Part shown: positions 28,085 to 41,998 of the stretch, piece by piece | Layout: the number at the start of each line of letters is the position of its first letter | Position numbering within the stretch: the first letter of the stretch is position 1 | Source: Octopus vulgaris | Taxonomy: Eukaryota | Assembly: GCA_951406725.2 (NCBI GenBank) | Contig: OX597821.1 | Span: 44,826,001-44,890,000 of the forward strand | Length of the DNA: 64,000 nucleotides | Direction: 5' to 3' | Notes under the pieces: model-generated | What the model was told of the DNA's origin: nothing | The model's database searches: none | The model's input: only the letters and a program-made list of their open reading frames with translations | Made by a program: the position numbers and the translations under genes

Positions 28085-29370
28085 TTCTTTTTATTGGCCA
28101 CTAGGGCTAATATAAATCAAAACATTAAAGAACAACACAAGACGATAAGCAAAAAGGGTTTAGCAAAAAAAGGTCTGTGTAAATATTTCCTAATGAAGAT
28201 AACAATATAACAAGTAAAAAACTCCCAACAGGGGGAGACGTTTTGAAGATTACTCATGGAAAAAACCCATAAAAGCCATGGGTGCCTAGTCAATAGGGCG
28301 AGAGCCCTTTCTCCTTTTATACTCCTTTTTACATTCACCCACCTTTCAACAAATTTCCTAGAAGACAACACTTCCCTCTCTACTCTCACCTTCCTTTCCA
28401 AGTGGAACTTGAAAAAGTTGATGAGGCCTTGGCTAAACGGGAAAGTGTCTGACTTTAGCCCTTTCAAACAGGTCCACAATACCACTTCTTTTGCTGCAGC
28501 CACCAGACAAATGAAAATTGCCTTCCCCTCCTAGTTAAAGGAGGCTGGCAGGGCAATCTTCACTATAGATTCAGCTGATAGCCAGATTCATCTTACACAC
28601 AACAGCAACTGTTCAACATGAAGCCACAGGTCAGCAATACTCGGGCACTGGATGAGTGTGTGTGGAATGGTTTCATCTCTCTGAGTGCACCTTGGGCAGG
28701 CCCAGCTGACAGCACTTCCATACCTGTATAGTTTATCCCAAACAGGCAGTGCCCCTTGGTAGCACTGCCAGACTTTTGGAAGTTATCCATGAGCCCCAGC
28801 TCGAAAGTTCTCCCAAATAGACTGCTTAGTTGATCATCGTCGGCACCTAGAGTTTCCCCAAGAACACCGTCACACTTTTCCTCCACTAACCCACTATAGA
28901 GCACTAGAGTGGAACTACTACTGTTCGCATTGCCTGCCTGGTGGAGGGCGGTGAGTGCTTGACAGCACTCAAGATACCAAGTGCCCTTTCTCAGTCTACG
29001 CTTGATCCAAGATTACAGCTCAGTCAAAGGAATGAGCTGTGGAAAGGCGAGTCTTATGAATGGCGACCATACCTGCTCACCATTCAGGAAACGCTTGAGA
29101 TGCCGTAGCCTGAGTGCATGTCTGTGCATCAGCAACTACTGCATGCCAAGGCTTCTCTTCAGCGGCTGCTGACAGCAGATGGAGCACCTGACCAGAGGTA
29201 CCTGCCACTTCCACAGAAAGTGGAAGAGTAAGAGCACCAGCTTGGTCAATCAGCAGTTGGGACAAGGGACAATGGTCAAATGATAATAGATGACCGATGC
29301 GATGTATGCATTCGCCACCTCAGCTCGACCTTTCAAAGACAGCTTCCTCTCAGCCCATATCTGGGTGAGA
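28085..29370 (-). mobile_element. Tx1/L1-like LINE 3' fragment
   Basis: ORF 28117-28503 AAAKEVVLWTCLKG...FKFHLERKVRVEREVLS; homologous to 32306-33195, which carries a zf-RVT-like CCHC. Confidence 0.65.
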
Positions 29371-29396
29371 TAATAATATTATTATTATCATCATCA

Positions 29397-29466
<70 letters not shown>

Positions 29467-30689
29467 GAGTAAACTCACAGCTTATTTTGCTGGGTATGAT
29501 GGAAAGTGTCAGCTGTCCACAGCCAGCAGACTAAGGTCTTATCTGTTTTGTGTATATGAATAATAATAACAACAACAACAACACTAATTGTAATAAGAAT
29601 AATGAGGAGGAGCGGGAGGAGCAGCAGGGGGAGGATGAGGAGGATAATAATATACTGACACTTTAAAAAGGCCTTAACATGTGCATTTACTTCATGTATT
29701 ATTGTTTTTACTCAGATTATTCATTTTTTGCTTTTAAATACACATATAAATAAAAAATATCTATACACATACATAAAATGAATGCACAATAAAAATATAT
29801 ATATATGTATATATATATATACATAGAGAGAGAGAGAGAAGCAGGCAGAGAGAGATAGTGTGTGTGCGTGCGTGCACATGCACACTCGTGTGCTTGAGTG
29901 TACAGTTTGTATAAGAAGTTGACAATGATTAAGTTGCTAGGATACCAGTCTATGGTTTATGTCCTGTCACCAACACTGTTTTCTGATTTCAACAAAATAC
30001 TTAACAAGCAATGGCCCAGTCCATCTTGCAGTAAATAGGTACCACAGCCTAAAACTACTTACTGTCTTGCCATATATTTATATCCGATGTTTGGTCAATG
30101 TGGGAATTTTGTTCATTACAGCCATTCTGGCATCAATAATTCAAATATTTCTAAAGAAATTTTCAAGGTCAAAATGTTAATCTTGGACGCTTATCACAAA
30201 CAGTTGGGCATAAACAATTGACTGAAATAGACGTGCCTTTTTTACTTCCTGAATATTTTTCGTGCATGTATTTATATATTATGACACTCCTAATTCTCAC
30301 GACCATCATCCTTATCATCAGCAGCAGCTGTGAATACAACAACAACAACAGCAACAACAACAATGATAATAATAATAATACAAAAATACAAAGTGGCAAA
30401 ATAGTGTCGTCTGATGGTGTAGAGCTACCAAAAGTGAGAAAATCAAGGATATTGAGACTAATTGATTATCATATCCTTGAGTTTCGATATAGACTACACT
30501 GCAACAAAAACTAAATCCGTAATAAACACGTAACAAATTTATATCTCTTCTCAATGACTTCAACAACTGCCTTCACAAATGCAACTACACACACCACACT
30601 GTACCTTGCACTGTCAGTACACATACACCTTTATAAGGTTTAGGACAGTTCACTTTCTATCCCACATGGGTGTCAGGATCTCACCAAAA

Positions 30690-32080
30690 CAATAGATATA
30701 AATATTTGGGGATCTTGGAATACAATAAAGTCAAGGATAGTGAAACCAAGGAAAGCTTTAGGCGAGAATATCTCACAAGAATCGAATTAATTATGGGAAG
30801 TAGGCTCAATGTGAAAAACAAGATCAGAGCAATGAACACATGGGCTGTTTCCTTAATGTGATATGACACAGGTGTTATTAGTTGGACAAAGAACAAACTT
30901 GAGGAAATGGACAGGAGAACCAGAAAAATGATGACAATTATAAGGAACTACACCCCAAAAGTGATACTGACAGACTGTATGTGCCTAAGAACAGAGGAGG
31001 AAGAGGCCTCATGGGATGCAAGATCTGTGTTGTCAATGAAAAGAATAGTCTGAGATGGTACATCAAACAGCAGACTGAATCCTTGCTTGCTGCTGTTAGA
31101 ATTAAAATATATAATACCTAGTGAAAATGTGATGCACCCACAAACATTTAAGAAACAAGATGAAGAAGAAAGAGTAAACAATTGGAAAATGAAATCACTG
31201 CATGGGCAATACCTCAGAGAAATCGAAGAAAAAGACAAGATCAACATTTAGAGATGGCTAAGAAGTGATCTAAAAGGATGCACTGTGGCACCGATATGTG
31301 GTGCTCAAGAACAAGCTCTGTAAACTAATTACACCAAGTTCCAAATAGATAAGAGTAGTGAATCACCCTTTTGTAAGATGTGTGGCAGCGGAAACAAAAC
31401 AATCTCACACATTGTGAGTGAGTGAGTGTAGCAAGCTGGCCCAAAAGCACTACAAAACGAAACGTGATAATGTGGCTAAGTTCATCTACTGGAGGTTATG
31501 TGAAAAGTACAGCCTGAACAGAACACGGAAATGGTACGAACATGAACCAGAGAGAGTCACTAAGAACAAGGAATGTAAGACACTGTGGAATTTTACAATC
31601 CTATGTGACTCCCTAATTGATGCTCAGAGACCAGATATTGTTGTGATAGATAAAGAAAAAAGGAAACCAAGATTATAGATATTGTAATACCTGGGAATGC
31701 ATATATAAATGACAAAGAACTAGAAAAGATTGAAAATATAGACTACTAAAAGACAAAATTGCAAGAATATGGACTATGAGGAGAGTGTGTCATTCCAGTA
31801 GTTGTAGGGGGCACTAGGAGCACTAACAACCGAGTTCGAGAAATATGTCAAAGAAATCAGAATTAACATGAGAGCAGAGCATGTGCAAAAAACTGCTCTG
31901 CTAGGGACAGCTAGAATTTTGAGATTGCTACATGGATGTTGAAAGTCTTCCACAATAATTAATAACCGAGTATCAAAGCTTATAATGTGCAGAAATAGAC
32001 CCTGTGGGACCTCTGACAGCCTCAGAATCTACCAGAACAAACAAGACCGAGTGTTCTGAGAAGTAAAACAATAATAATAA
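30690..32080 (+). mobile_element. R4/Dong-like LINE 3' half
   Basis: YKYLGILE, NKIRAMNTWAV, AQEQAL, CSKLAQKHYKTKRDNVAK and RPDIVVIDKE motifs; (AAT)n tail. Confidence 0.85.
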
Positions 32081-32305
32081 CAGTTTCAAATTTTGGCACC
32101 AGGCCAACAAGTTCAAGGGAGGCAATAAGTCAATTACATTGAACCCAGTTTTCAGCTGGAACTAATTTTATCGACCCCTGAAAGGATGAAAGGACAAAAG
32201 GCAAAGTCGACCTCAGTGGAATTTGAACTCAGAATGTAAAGACAGACAAAATGCCACTTGGCATTTTACCTTACTAATAATAATAATAATAATAATGATG
32301 ATGTC

Positions 32306-33195
32306 TTATATTGGCCACAAGGGCTAAGAAATGGAGAACAATTTCAAAAGACAAGATACAACGGGGTTTACATTGACCAAAAGGAAGCGCTACAACATTA
32401 AAGGGTATAACAAAGGATATATAAATAGAAGCTAGAGAAATAAATAATTAATAAATAGAATCCTCAAGAGTGAGGCAGTCCTATTAGAGTAATTTGAATA
32501 AAAACCTATGCAAAAGACTTGGATTATTCTGCCATCCCCAAAACATGGGAAGTGCCCTCTTCCAGTTTCTTTCCTCCTACTTAGAAAAGCATACTTGGGG
32601 TAGATCCACCACCCACTCTACTCTCACCTTCCTTTTCAAATTATATTTAATGAAATTGATGAGTGCTTGGCCAGATAGAGAAATACCTATCTTCAAATTT
32701 TTTAGACATGTCCACCATACAACCTTTTTGCCACAGTCACTAAGCAGAGCAAGATCTGTCTTTCCTCTCTGCGAAAGGAAGTGGGTACATCGATTTTCAC
32801 TATACACTCAGTGCAGAGCTGAATTTGTCTAACACAAGACAGCAGCAGTGCAACACAAGTCCACAAGTCTCTAATGCACAGACATTGAATGATTGCATGC
32901 AAGACAGTTTCATCTCCCTGCATACATCTCAGGCACATACAATTGTTGGCACTTCCATACCTGAAGAACTTGCCTCAAACAGGCAATACTCCACTGTAGT
33001 ATTACCATACCAAAGACTTTTGGAAATTTTCCATAACCACCGACCCAAAAGTCCTTCAGAGAGACCACTCAGACAATTTATTTGATACCCAGAATCAATC
33101 CTAGGCCATTGTCACTCATACTCTCAACTAGGCCCCTGTATAAATCTTGGGTTGTTTTCCCACTAATGGTTTTGTCCAGCTGGTACAATGCAGTG
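32306..33195 (-). mobile_element. Tx1/L1-like LINE 3' fragment
   Basis: CLRCMQGDETVLHAIIQC (C-x2-C-x8-H-x4-C) and KKVVWWTCLK; CCCTTGTGGCCAAT 3' end. Confidence 0.7.
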
Positions 33196-34104
33196 AGTGC
33201 CTGCTAGCATTTTACATCCTGCACACTTACTGTTTGTTGTGGCAGATAGCTACCACAGTTCCATGTTACCTTCCTTGGCAAATATAACTACAGAAGATCG
33301 CACTTCATTCAGATATTTTTCTATTTTGCCTGGAGAAGGATATTATAGCTTGCTTTCTCTGCAATTAATATACTTACATATTATTCATTTTTCTTGGTAC
33401 AAATCATTTCCTTTTCTGGGTATGCCATGATGTCGGGTTGAATATCATTCTGATATTTTTTTAATGGCCTCCATTTTCCCTTTCAAGAAATGGATGATTC
33501 ACTAATTTGTAATATTTGTGAATAGAAGGAAGCTTTTTCTTTTGAGCTTGTTTTTTGATCTTTCATCACTATTGCTGATGTCATTAATGCTGCTATTGTT
33601 CTTGTTGTTGGTTTTGGTATTACTAATATTGTAGTTGGTGTTGTTGCTGGTTTCATGACTTGTTGGAATTGCTACAGGTCATGCTTGTAATAACATTCTT
33701 GTTTTGGCTGTTGACATTGTTGTTGTGGTTGGTGGTGGTATTATTGTATGTAGGTCTTTTGCAAATGTCAATGGGTATGGTGACTGCCAAGCATGGTCAA
33801 CTACTGTAACTGGGACCATTTGAGCACAAGGAAAGTAATACCTCTTCCATTTAAACTTGTGCTGGCCAGCATGTGAAAAAAAATGAATTGAAAATATATA
33901 TCCAAAAATGTTTTCAGTATGGGCTTTCCGCCCATTCCATAACTGAAACAAGGAGAAATTTTTCCAGAAGAAACCTGGATACATCTGCAAATCAATAATT
34001 ATAATTTCAGCTGCTGAAAATGGCAAAAGAAAAGCAAAATTAGAGGAAACTCACCAAGTGATGATTTGTGTGATGCCAATAATAATAATAATAATGATGA
34101 TAAT

Positions 34105-36365
34105 GATGAATTGAAATTTTGGTACAAGGCCTATAATTTTGGAGGAAGAGTAACTCGATTGCTACCACAGTACTCAACTGGTACTAAATTTATCCACCCC
34201 AAAAGGATGAAGAGCAAAGCCAACCTTGATGAAACTTGAACTCAGAACATAAAGACAGACAAAATGCCACTAAGCATTTCACCTGATGTGGTAATGATTT
34301 TGCCAGCTTGTCACCTTACTAATGAAAATGATGATGGCCCTTTCTATTATTAACACAAGGCCTGAAATTTTAGTAGTGGGGAGTTAGTTGATTCCATCGA
34401 TCCCATTACTTCACTAGTACTTTACTTTAACCCTGAATGGATGAGAGGCAAAGTCCACCATGACAGTATTTGAATCCAGAACATAAAGAGCCAAAAGAAA
34501 TCTTTATAAGCATTTTGTCCAATGTTCTAATGATTCTGCTAGCTCACCAACTTCAGAATAAATAACTGTTTCAAATTTTGGAACAAGGCCAGCAATTACA
34601 AGGGGAGGAGTGAAGTCGAGTGAATTGACTTCAGAGCTCAACTGGTATGCATTTTATTAACCCTGAAAAGATGAAGAGCAAGCTCACCTCAACAGCACTT
34701 GAACTCAAAATATATAAGGGGGTCAATAATAATAATACTGGCTTCAAATTTTTCCACAAGGGTAGTAGTTTTAGAGGAGGGGATGATTCGATTACATTGA
34801 CCCCAGTGTTCAACTGGTACTTATTTTATTGACCCCCAAAAGGGTGACAGGGAAAGTTGACCTCGGCAGAATTTTAACTCAGAACGTAAAGACAGATGAA
34901 ATGCTGTTAAGTATTTTGCCCAGCATACTAATGATTCTGCCATCACACCACTTTAATAATAATAATGATATACTAGAAATTTTGATTGGAGGAGGTTAGC
35001 CAACATCATTGACCAAAGTACTTGGCTGGTACTTCGTTTTATTGACACCAAAAGGATGAGAGGATTTGAATTCAAACTGCAAAGAACCAGAACAAAAATG
35101 CAAGGCATTTTTCTGATTCTCTATCAGCTGTCAGCTTATTATCCTAAATAATAGTTTCTGATTTAGGTATGAGGCCAATGCCAGTTTATTATCCTAAATA
35201 ATGGTTTCTGATTTAGGTGTAAGGCCAACAACTTTGAAAGGAATGGATTTAGTCAATGTTGACCTCAGTACTCAACTGGTACTTTATTATATCAACTCTA
35301 AATGAATAAAAAGCAAAGTTGATTTTTCTAGATCTGAAATTAGAATTAAAAGAGATAGCAGAAATACCACAAGGTATTTTGTCTCATGCTCAAACAAAGG
35401 CTGATGCTGAGACCTCTTTCGGTCATGTCTGACCATGGGTTTGCACCTAGAAAGTTACCTTCCCAGGCACAAGTCCAGGCAAGGTTGTTTATGGAAGACC
35501 AGCAGTTGCCCATTCATACCGGCATCCCCTCTCTGCGCCACCAGTGTTGTCCAAGGGAAAGGCAAAGGCCGATATAGTTTGGCACCAGTGATGTTGCAAC
35601 TCATTTCTACAGCTGAGTGAACTGGAGTAATGTGAAATAAGTGCCTTGCTCAAGAACACAACATGCAGCCCAGTCCGGGATTCAAACTCACAACCTTACA
35701 ATCGTAAGCTCAACACTCTAACCACTGAGCCATTCGCTTTCACCAACCAAAGGCACAAGGTCTGAAATTTAAGTGAGTTTGTTAGCCAATGCCATTAACA
35801 CCCATTTATAATTGGTAGTTTACTTTACCAACTCTGATAATAATGGCTTCAAGTCTTGATACAAGGCCAGTTTTTCCTTTTTGGCACAAGGCTGGTAACA
35901 TTTTCGTGGGAGGTGACCAGCCAATTACATCAACCTCAATATTTGACTGATACTTTATTTATTGACCATGAAAAAATGAAGGACAAAGTTGACTTCAGCA
36001 GTATTTAAACTCAGAATGTAAAGAGCAGGAAGAAATATCACAAAGGATTTTATCTGATTTGCTAACAATTCTGCCAGCTCACCACCTTTATAATAATAAT
36101 AATAACAATAATAACAATAATAATAATAGTAATAATAATAACAACAACAACAACAACAACAACAATTCTTTCAGATTTGGGCACAAGGCCAGTAATTATG
36201 AGGGGAGGAAGGCAAGTCAATTACATCGACCCAGTACTTGACTGGTACTTAATTTTATTGACCCACAAAGGGATAAAAGGCAGAGTTGACTTTGGCAGGA
36301 TTTGAACTCAGAATATAAAGAGCTGAAAGAAATACCAATGTGCTAATGTTTCTGCCAGCTCCAAT
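34105..36365 (-). repeat. Head-to-tail cluster of ~9 tRNA-derived SINE copies (family S2)
   Basis: Repeated GGCACAAGGCC...CTGGTACTTATTTTATTGACCCC.AAAGGATGAAAGGCAAAGTTGACCTC..ATTTGAACTCAGAA units, separated by (AAT)n and all in the same orientation. Confidence 0.8.
35405..35745 (-). mobile_element. tRNA-derived SINE (family S3) nested in the S2 cluster
   Basis: Minus-strand head TGGCTCAGTGGTTAGAG...GAGTTTGAATCCC; decayed relative at ~44870-44995. Confidence 0.7.
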
Positions 36366-37193
36366 AATAATTGCTTCATATTGTTTAAATCATACTATGT
36401 AGAATATATCATAATCATGAGGTTCCTATTTCAATTCTTTTTCATGGTATCTTTGGCAAATGGCATTTATTCTTACCTTGGATCAATCGCTACCTTGTAA
36501 GTGAAATTGGAAAGAAAGAAACTCTATGGAAGCCTGTCAGATGAATTGCACTTGCAATTTAAAGATCCAGTTATATTGATTCATCATCATCATCATCATC
36601 ATCACCATCATCATCATTAAATGTCTGTTCTCTATGATGGCATTGGTTGGATGGCTTGACAACAGCTTGCAAGCCAGAGGACTATGCCAAGTTCTCTTAT
36701 TTGTTTTGGCATGCATGGTTTCTGTGGCTGGATGCCCTTCCTAATGCCAACCATTTTACAGAATGTATTGGGTGATTTTTTTTTTTTTTAGTACTGGCAC
36801 CAGCACCGGTGAAGTCATCAAATAAATTGCAAGATAAGACAAAGTCTCCTCAGCTGGGGGAGTAGTATTGAGGGAGGTGGCTTTATGCCGGTTGATGAAG
36901 GGTTAAAAGAGTAATAGAGGGATAAAGATGCTGTAGAAGAGATACAGGGATTTCCCAGTTGGAGAAGAACAGAGAAGGAGACTTAGAAAGGAAGATAGAG
37001 AAGGAGAGAATGGGAGAGATGGTGGTGGATATGTGTCAGTACGTACCCTCAAGGCACAGTGGGGGAGAATATTGGTGATGTAATACAGAGGTTTGGAACT
37101 GATGCAGGGACAGATGGGAATATTTCATAAGTATATGAGGGGAGAGAGTTAGATAGCTTAAAAGTAGCTGTAGTAATTGAATTGAAGATATGT

Positions 37194-37486
37194 GGAGGCA
37201 CATGGCCTAGTGGTTAGAACAGTGGACTCATGGTCAAGGGATAGTGGGTTCAAATCTCAGACTGGGCGATGTGTGTGTTTATGAGCGAAACACCAAAGCT
37301 CCACGCGGCTCCGGCAGAAGGTAATGGCAAACTTCTGCTGACTCTTTCGCCACAACTTTCTCTCACTCTTTCCTCCTGCATCTTGCAGCTCACCTGTGAC
37401 GGACTGGCGTCCTGTCCAAGTGGGGAACCTATATGCCAAAGAAACTGGGAAACTGGCCCTTATGAACCAGGCATGGCTCAAGAAGG
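37194..37486 (+). mobile_element. tRNA-derived SINE (family S4)
   Basis: A box TGGCCTAGTGG, B box GGTTCAAATCT; body CCTGTGACGGACTGGCGTCCTGTCC resembles V-SINE-type domains. Confidence 0.7.
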
Positions 37487-37733
37487 AAAAATGGGAGATA
37501 TCAGAGTGGCTCAGGGGAAGGGGAGTTATGTTAAATATATGAGGGCATTGGGAGAGATAGGGGCTGAAAGAAGTGCAAGGATGGAGTATAGAAAACAAGG
37601 GAGAACATCACTGGAAAAAGATAATGAGGAATGGAAGTGATGCTGGGAAGAGGGAGGAAAGAAGAAGGTAACAAAGAGTGGGTGCTTAGCATGTGTCTGT
37701 TCTGCTCTAAGGTGATTCCACCAGAGAATTACA

Positions 37734-37962
37734 TTAACCCTTTAATGTTCAGATATTTCTGTCAAATGTAATACTTATTTATTCACATTGTTTTAAATTG
37801 ATCATACATTATCTTGTAGCTTTGAGATTTTAATGATGTGATTGTTTATTTTTAGAATGACACAGCAGGGTAGGTATGGGAAACTAGATCTGGCTGGTTT
37901 GAGCATAAAACAAGAAGAATAATTAGGCTGGATATAAACAATTTCAATGCTGAGTAGTTAAA
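37734..37962. mobile_element. TTAA-target (piggyBac-type) MITE
   Basis: TTAA|CCCTTTA... start and ...AATGCTGAGTAG|TTAA end; second copy at ~42952-43150. Confidence 0.55.
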
Positions 37963-38579
37963 TGATAGCCTGTGGAGTACTTAATTCTGTACACTTTATA
38001 CTTTAATTGATCAAATAACTGAATCATAAATGGAAATTCCAACCAGGATTTAGTTCTGTTATGAGTAACATGCTTAAAGTATTAGTTGCGACAAATTAAA
38101 ATGTTTATAAACTGTATACACACACACACACACACACACATACCCATACATACACACATATATGTTACACTTAACAATATAATATTTCTTTATTTCTACT
38201 TTGTGATAAGTAGTTCATAGGCACAGGAGTGGTAAGTAGCTTGCTTACCAACCACATATTTCCGGGTTCACTTGTACACTTGTGTGCGGCTCATACACTC
38301 CTCTCTGTACCCTTTCTGCAACTTTGTATTGGTCTCTGAGCAAGTATTGCCATGACAACTTTCTGTCATGATCAATGTGATGATCACACGCTACACACCT
38401 TCCTTCCAAGTACTGCTGTAAACAGCAGTGGTAAGCCTTGAACGTTAAAATTCAGTGTGCATGCACAACAGAGTTCAAGGTCAATCTTTGCCAAGCAGCT
38501 TTACTCTGCATGCTTTAGCTTCGTTACTATGGCAACATTTCAGATACTTATTGATCAGACCTCATACATACAGTGGAAG

Positions 38580-38676
38580 CCATAGGAGTGTTACATGTAA
38601 GTCACTTATGTGAGGAGTGTTACATGTGAGTCACTTATGTAGGCCATAGGAGTGTTACATGTGAATCACTTATGTA
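38580..38676. repeat. Three-copy 28-35 bp tandem repeat
   Basis: AGGAGTGTTACATGTGAGTCACTTATGT x3. Confidence 0.85.
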
Positions 38677-39749
38677 AGTTGGAAGGAATGTCTCCTATAT
38701 GTAACGGGTTCGAGTTAAAACATAATGTATGTAGTTAACATTTTTTTAAAGACAATTCATAGAAAGAATCCATTTTCAGTGATTTCTTAAAAAGGTGTGA
38801 ATAAAGAATATTCAGAAGGCAAGTTTATAAAAGAAAAACATTGACATATATTCAGTAGTGTAATGAGTGCTAATAAGTGGCAACAAGGATTAATCTTGCA
38901 TATGAATGGGAACCAAATATATGTGTATGTGAGACAGGAAAAATTCACAAGACTTACTACTATATACACTGAGGTTTAAATGAAGGAGAGTGGAAGCTGA
39001 TATCAATCAAAGGAGTTGCATGCAGTTGGTAGTGGACACAGAAAATGTAACATGTCAAAGAAAGCAATGTTGCTTCTATGCTGTCAAATCTGCAACTAGT
39101 TTGAAACTGCCGCTTCGCTGCAGCAGTAAGTTCCTTCAGCTAAAGCCGATCACTGCTGTTTTATTCATATGCTTCCAGCTATGATTGGCTGGAATCTTCC
39201 ACTGTACAACTGAACTATGTCACAGTAACAAAACAGATCATTCCTGTCTTGCTACTCTACCCCACTGCAGACAGCAAGTCAATATAAATAAGAAAGAGGA
39301 AGGAGAAGAATGCAAAGCAAAGGAATGAAAAAATACAAAGCAAAATATTCCAAACAGTGGCAAAAGAAAAATATACATTGTATACGTGAGAAGTCACAAA
39401 ATGTTCAAACACTGAAAAAAAAACACAGCATGAATGCATTAAGAAAAAAAATACAAGCATACAAATAGAACACAGTTAAATGAATTTAGGGCCAGTTCAT
39501 AAACAAATAGTTTCACAAAATCTCTCAGGCCAATGGACACGACAACCACTGTGAGTTGTCACAATGTATTTTGATGAAGGTGGGGGAGATGTTTGTGGGG
39601 CAGTATGTGTAGGGGGTGTAATATATGTGTGGAGCAGTGTGTGGATCGGTGTGCATGTGGGGTGTATGTGGCTCCAGGATATTAGTATCTGTGTACGCTT
39701 TCACTCTCCTTCATATGAGCCTCAGTGTATATAGTAAGTCAAACGATTC

Positions 39750-40349
39750 TTTCCTGGAATGTCCCAGTGAAAACTTTAGTAAAATGTAAACACAATAGAC
39801 CTGACATAATGATTTGGGATAAAGAAGGGAAACTGTGTACAGATGTGGAAATTTACTGTCCAGCGAATGTTAACATAAAGCTAAAGATAAGCAAAAAACA
39901 AAATACTTACACTGAACTATTGAGAAATTTGTAGTTACTCCATCCAAATTATAAGTTCAGGTTTATACCTGTAATTATTGGGGCACTGGGATATGTAACA
40001 CACTGCCTAAATACCAATCTTGAGAATTTAGGCTTCTCAAAACCAGAAAAGAGAAAGCTGATTTGAAGACTATAGGTACAATTCCTCACTGGAACTGTAA
40101 AAATCTGTAAAACTTTCCAGAAGTTTATTATTTAAGTATATATGAACATGCCTAGATATGCAACTATATGCATGAGAAGACATACGTAAAACAAAATATA
40201 CAAATCTGCACACATACATACATACATACATACATACAAACAAAAATACCCTGTTGATATTGTTGAAATTCCAACAAAGGAACCTTGGATCTAGGTTAGA
40301 AACCAGCTCTTTCTCTATTGGCAAGAAATCTTGAAATAAAACTAAATTA

Positions 40350-40350
<1 letters not shown>
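39750..40350 (+). mobile_element. R4/Dong-like REL fragment plus 3' UTR
   Basis: WNVPVKTLVKCKHNRPDIMIWDKEGKLCTDVEI...FIPVIIGALG. Confidence 0.75.
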
Positions 40351-40386
<36 letters not shown>

Positions 40387-41055
40387 TATATATGTACGTA
40401 CACACACATACATATATATGTACGTACACACACATACATATATATGTACGTACACACACATACATAGTCATACAATTATATACATACATGTATTCTATCA
40501 TATATGACTACCCCATTGATGTTGTTTAAATTCTAATGAAAGAACTTTGTTACTGATATAGAAACCAGTTTTATTTATTGGTGAGAAATTCGAAAAATAA
40601 AACGTAAATAGACACATGTTCCTCTGTGGTATGGGCACAAATATATTGAGACATACATTTACATATATGCATGAACTAACTCACGTTGCCACAAATAGAT
40701 CAACACAGGCTGCATATATGCACACACTAATTTGTTTACCTAATCACGAACCACTTGAACATATGCACCTACATACATGCACACATACATACATACATAC
40801 ATACATACATACATACATACATACATACATGCATACATACATATATACATATATACGTACGTACATACAAATGTACATACATACACACATACACTCACAC
40901 ACACACTTCACAAGTATATCAACACATTCACCTACATATATGTATAATCATATCAAAGGGAAATGGAAATTAATAGAAATTTTCATTTCCAGTGGACTAG
41001 CGTGTAAAAATTTAGTCCAAATACTATGTATTAGTCATAAAATACAGTGTACATT

Positions 41056-41310
41056 TAAACACATAGGGAATCCATTCACGGGATTTCAACACACTAGAAA
41101 GAACAGCTAGGTTCTATAACCACAAAATTAGGGATAAAATTCAACAGGAACGAAATGAAAAAAATAAAAGCATTTTACCATTTAAAATGGTAAAATGCTT
41201 TTATTTTTTCATTTCGTTCCTGTCGAATTTTATCCCTAATTTTGTGGTTATAGAACCTAGCTGTTCTTTCTAGCGTGTTGAATCCTATGAGTGGATTCCT
41301 TATGTGTTTA
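41056..41310. repeat. Near-perfect 255-bp palindrome abutting (TA)n
   Basis: Centre CCATTTAAAATGG at ~41178-41190; ~125-bp arms with few mismatches; unpaired extension ~40950-41055. Confidence 0.85.
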
Positions 41311-41700
41311 TATATATATACATACTTTCACTCACACACTCATAAGCCATTAGAACAGTCTTAAACAAAAGAGCCTTGTCTCTTTCTTAATGGCTAATTT
41401 GAATTCTGTGATGAAGAAGAACTGTGAAGAATCTCAAAGATAACCACCCAAAGATAACCAAACACATTTACAAGTCTACACAGTTGCAAGGTTTTATTGT
41501 CCACGTCTGATTTTATAGCTTATCCAAGAAGAGTCAATATTTATGTTCTTTCTAGGACCTCCATGACAAAGGAGATTAATACATTCAATCTCCAGTTTGA
41601 ACAACATTGCAGATAAATTTGAGAAGATTGATGCTCTGGGGAGTAAGGACTGGGAGAACTGGTGAGTGTAGGGGCAGTAGTTGAATAGAAAAGGTGATGA

Positions 41701-41935
41701 AAGGTGGCAAGTTGGCAGAAATGTTAGCATGCCGGGCAAAATGCTTAGTGGTATTTCGTCTGTGGTATTTCTGAGTTCAAATTCTGCCGAGGTCAACTTT
41801 GCCTTTCATCCTTTCGGGGTTGATAAATTAAGTACCAGTTATGTACTGGAGTCGATATAATCGACTTAATCCGTTTGTCTGTCTTTGTTTGTCCTCTCTG
41901 TGTTTAGCCTCCTGTGGGCAATAAAGAAATAAGAA
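41701..41935 (+). mobile_element. tRNA-derived SINE (family S2), full length
   Basis: TGGCAGAAATGTTAGC A box, GAGTTCAAATTC B box, GCCTTTCATCCTTTCGGGGTTGATAAATTAAGTACCAG central domain (Meta-domain-like, from memory). Confidence 0.8.
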
Positions 41936-41998
41936 AAGGTGATGAAAGGAGAGATGGGTGAGTCAGAGAGCTAAGAGTGAGAGGGAAGAAACTGATTA

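Noticed and set aside
34105-36365. Regularly spaced repeats as an array-type system
   Set aside because: Units are diverged SINE copies with Pol III boxes, not repeat-spacer arrays.
37194-37270. tRNA gene candidates, also 53802-53870 and 21572-21640
   Set aside because: A/B boxes are present but I could not fold an intact cloverleaf, and they continue into SINE bodies.
38580-38676. 28-bp repeats resembling CRISPR direct repeats, also 20333-20415 and 56110-56260
   Set aside because: No unique spacers of regular length, no cas genes, eukaryotic context; simple tandem duplications.
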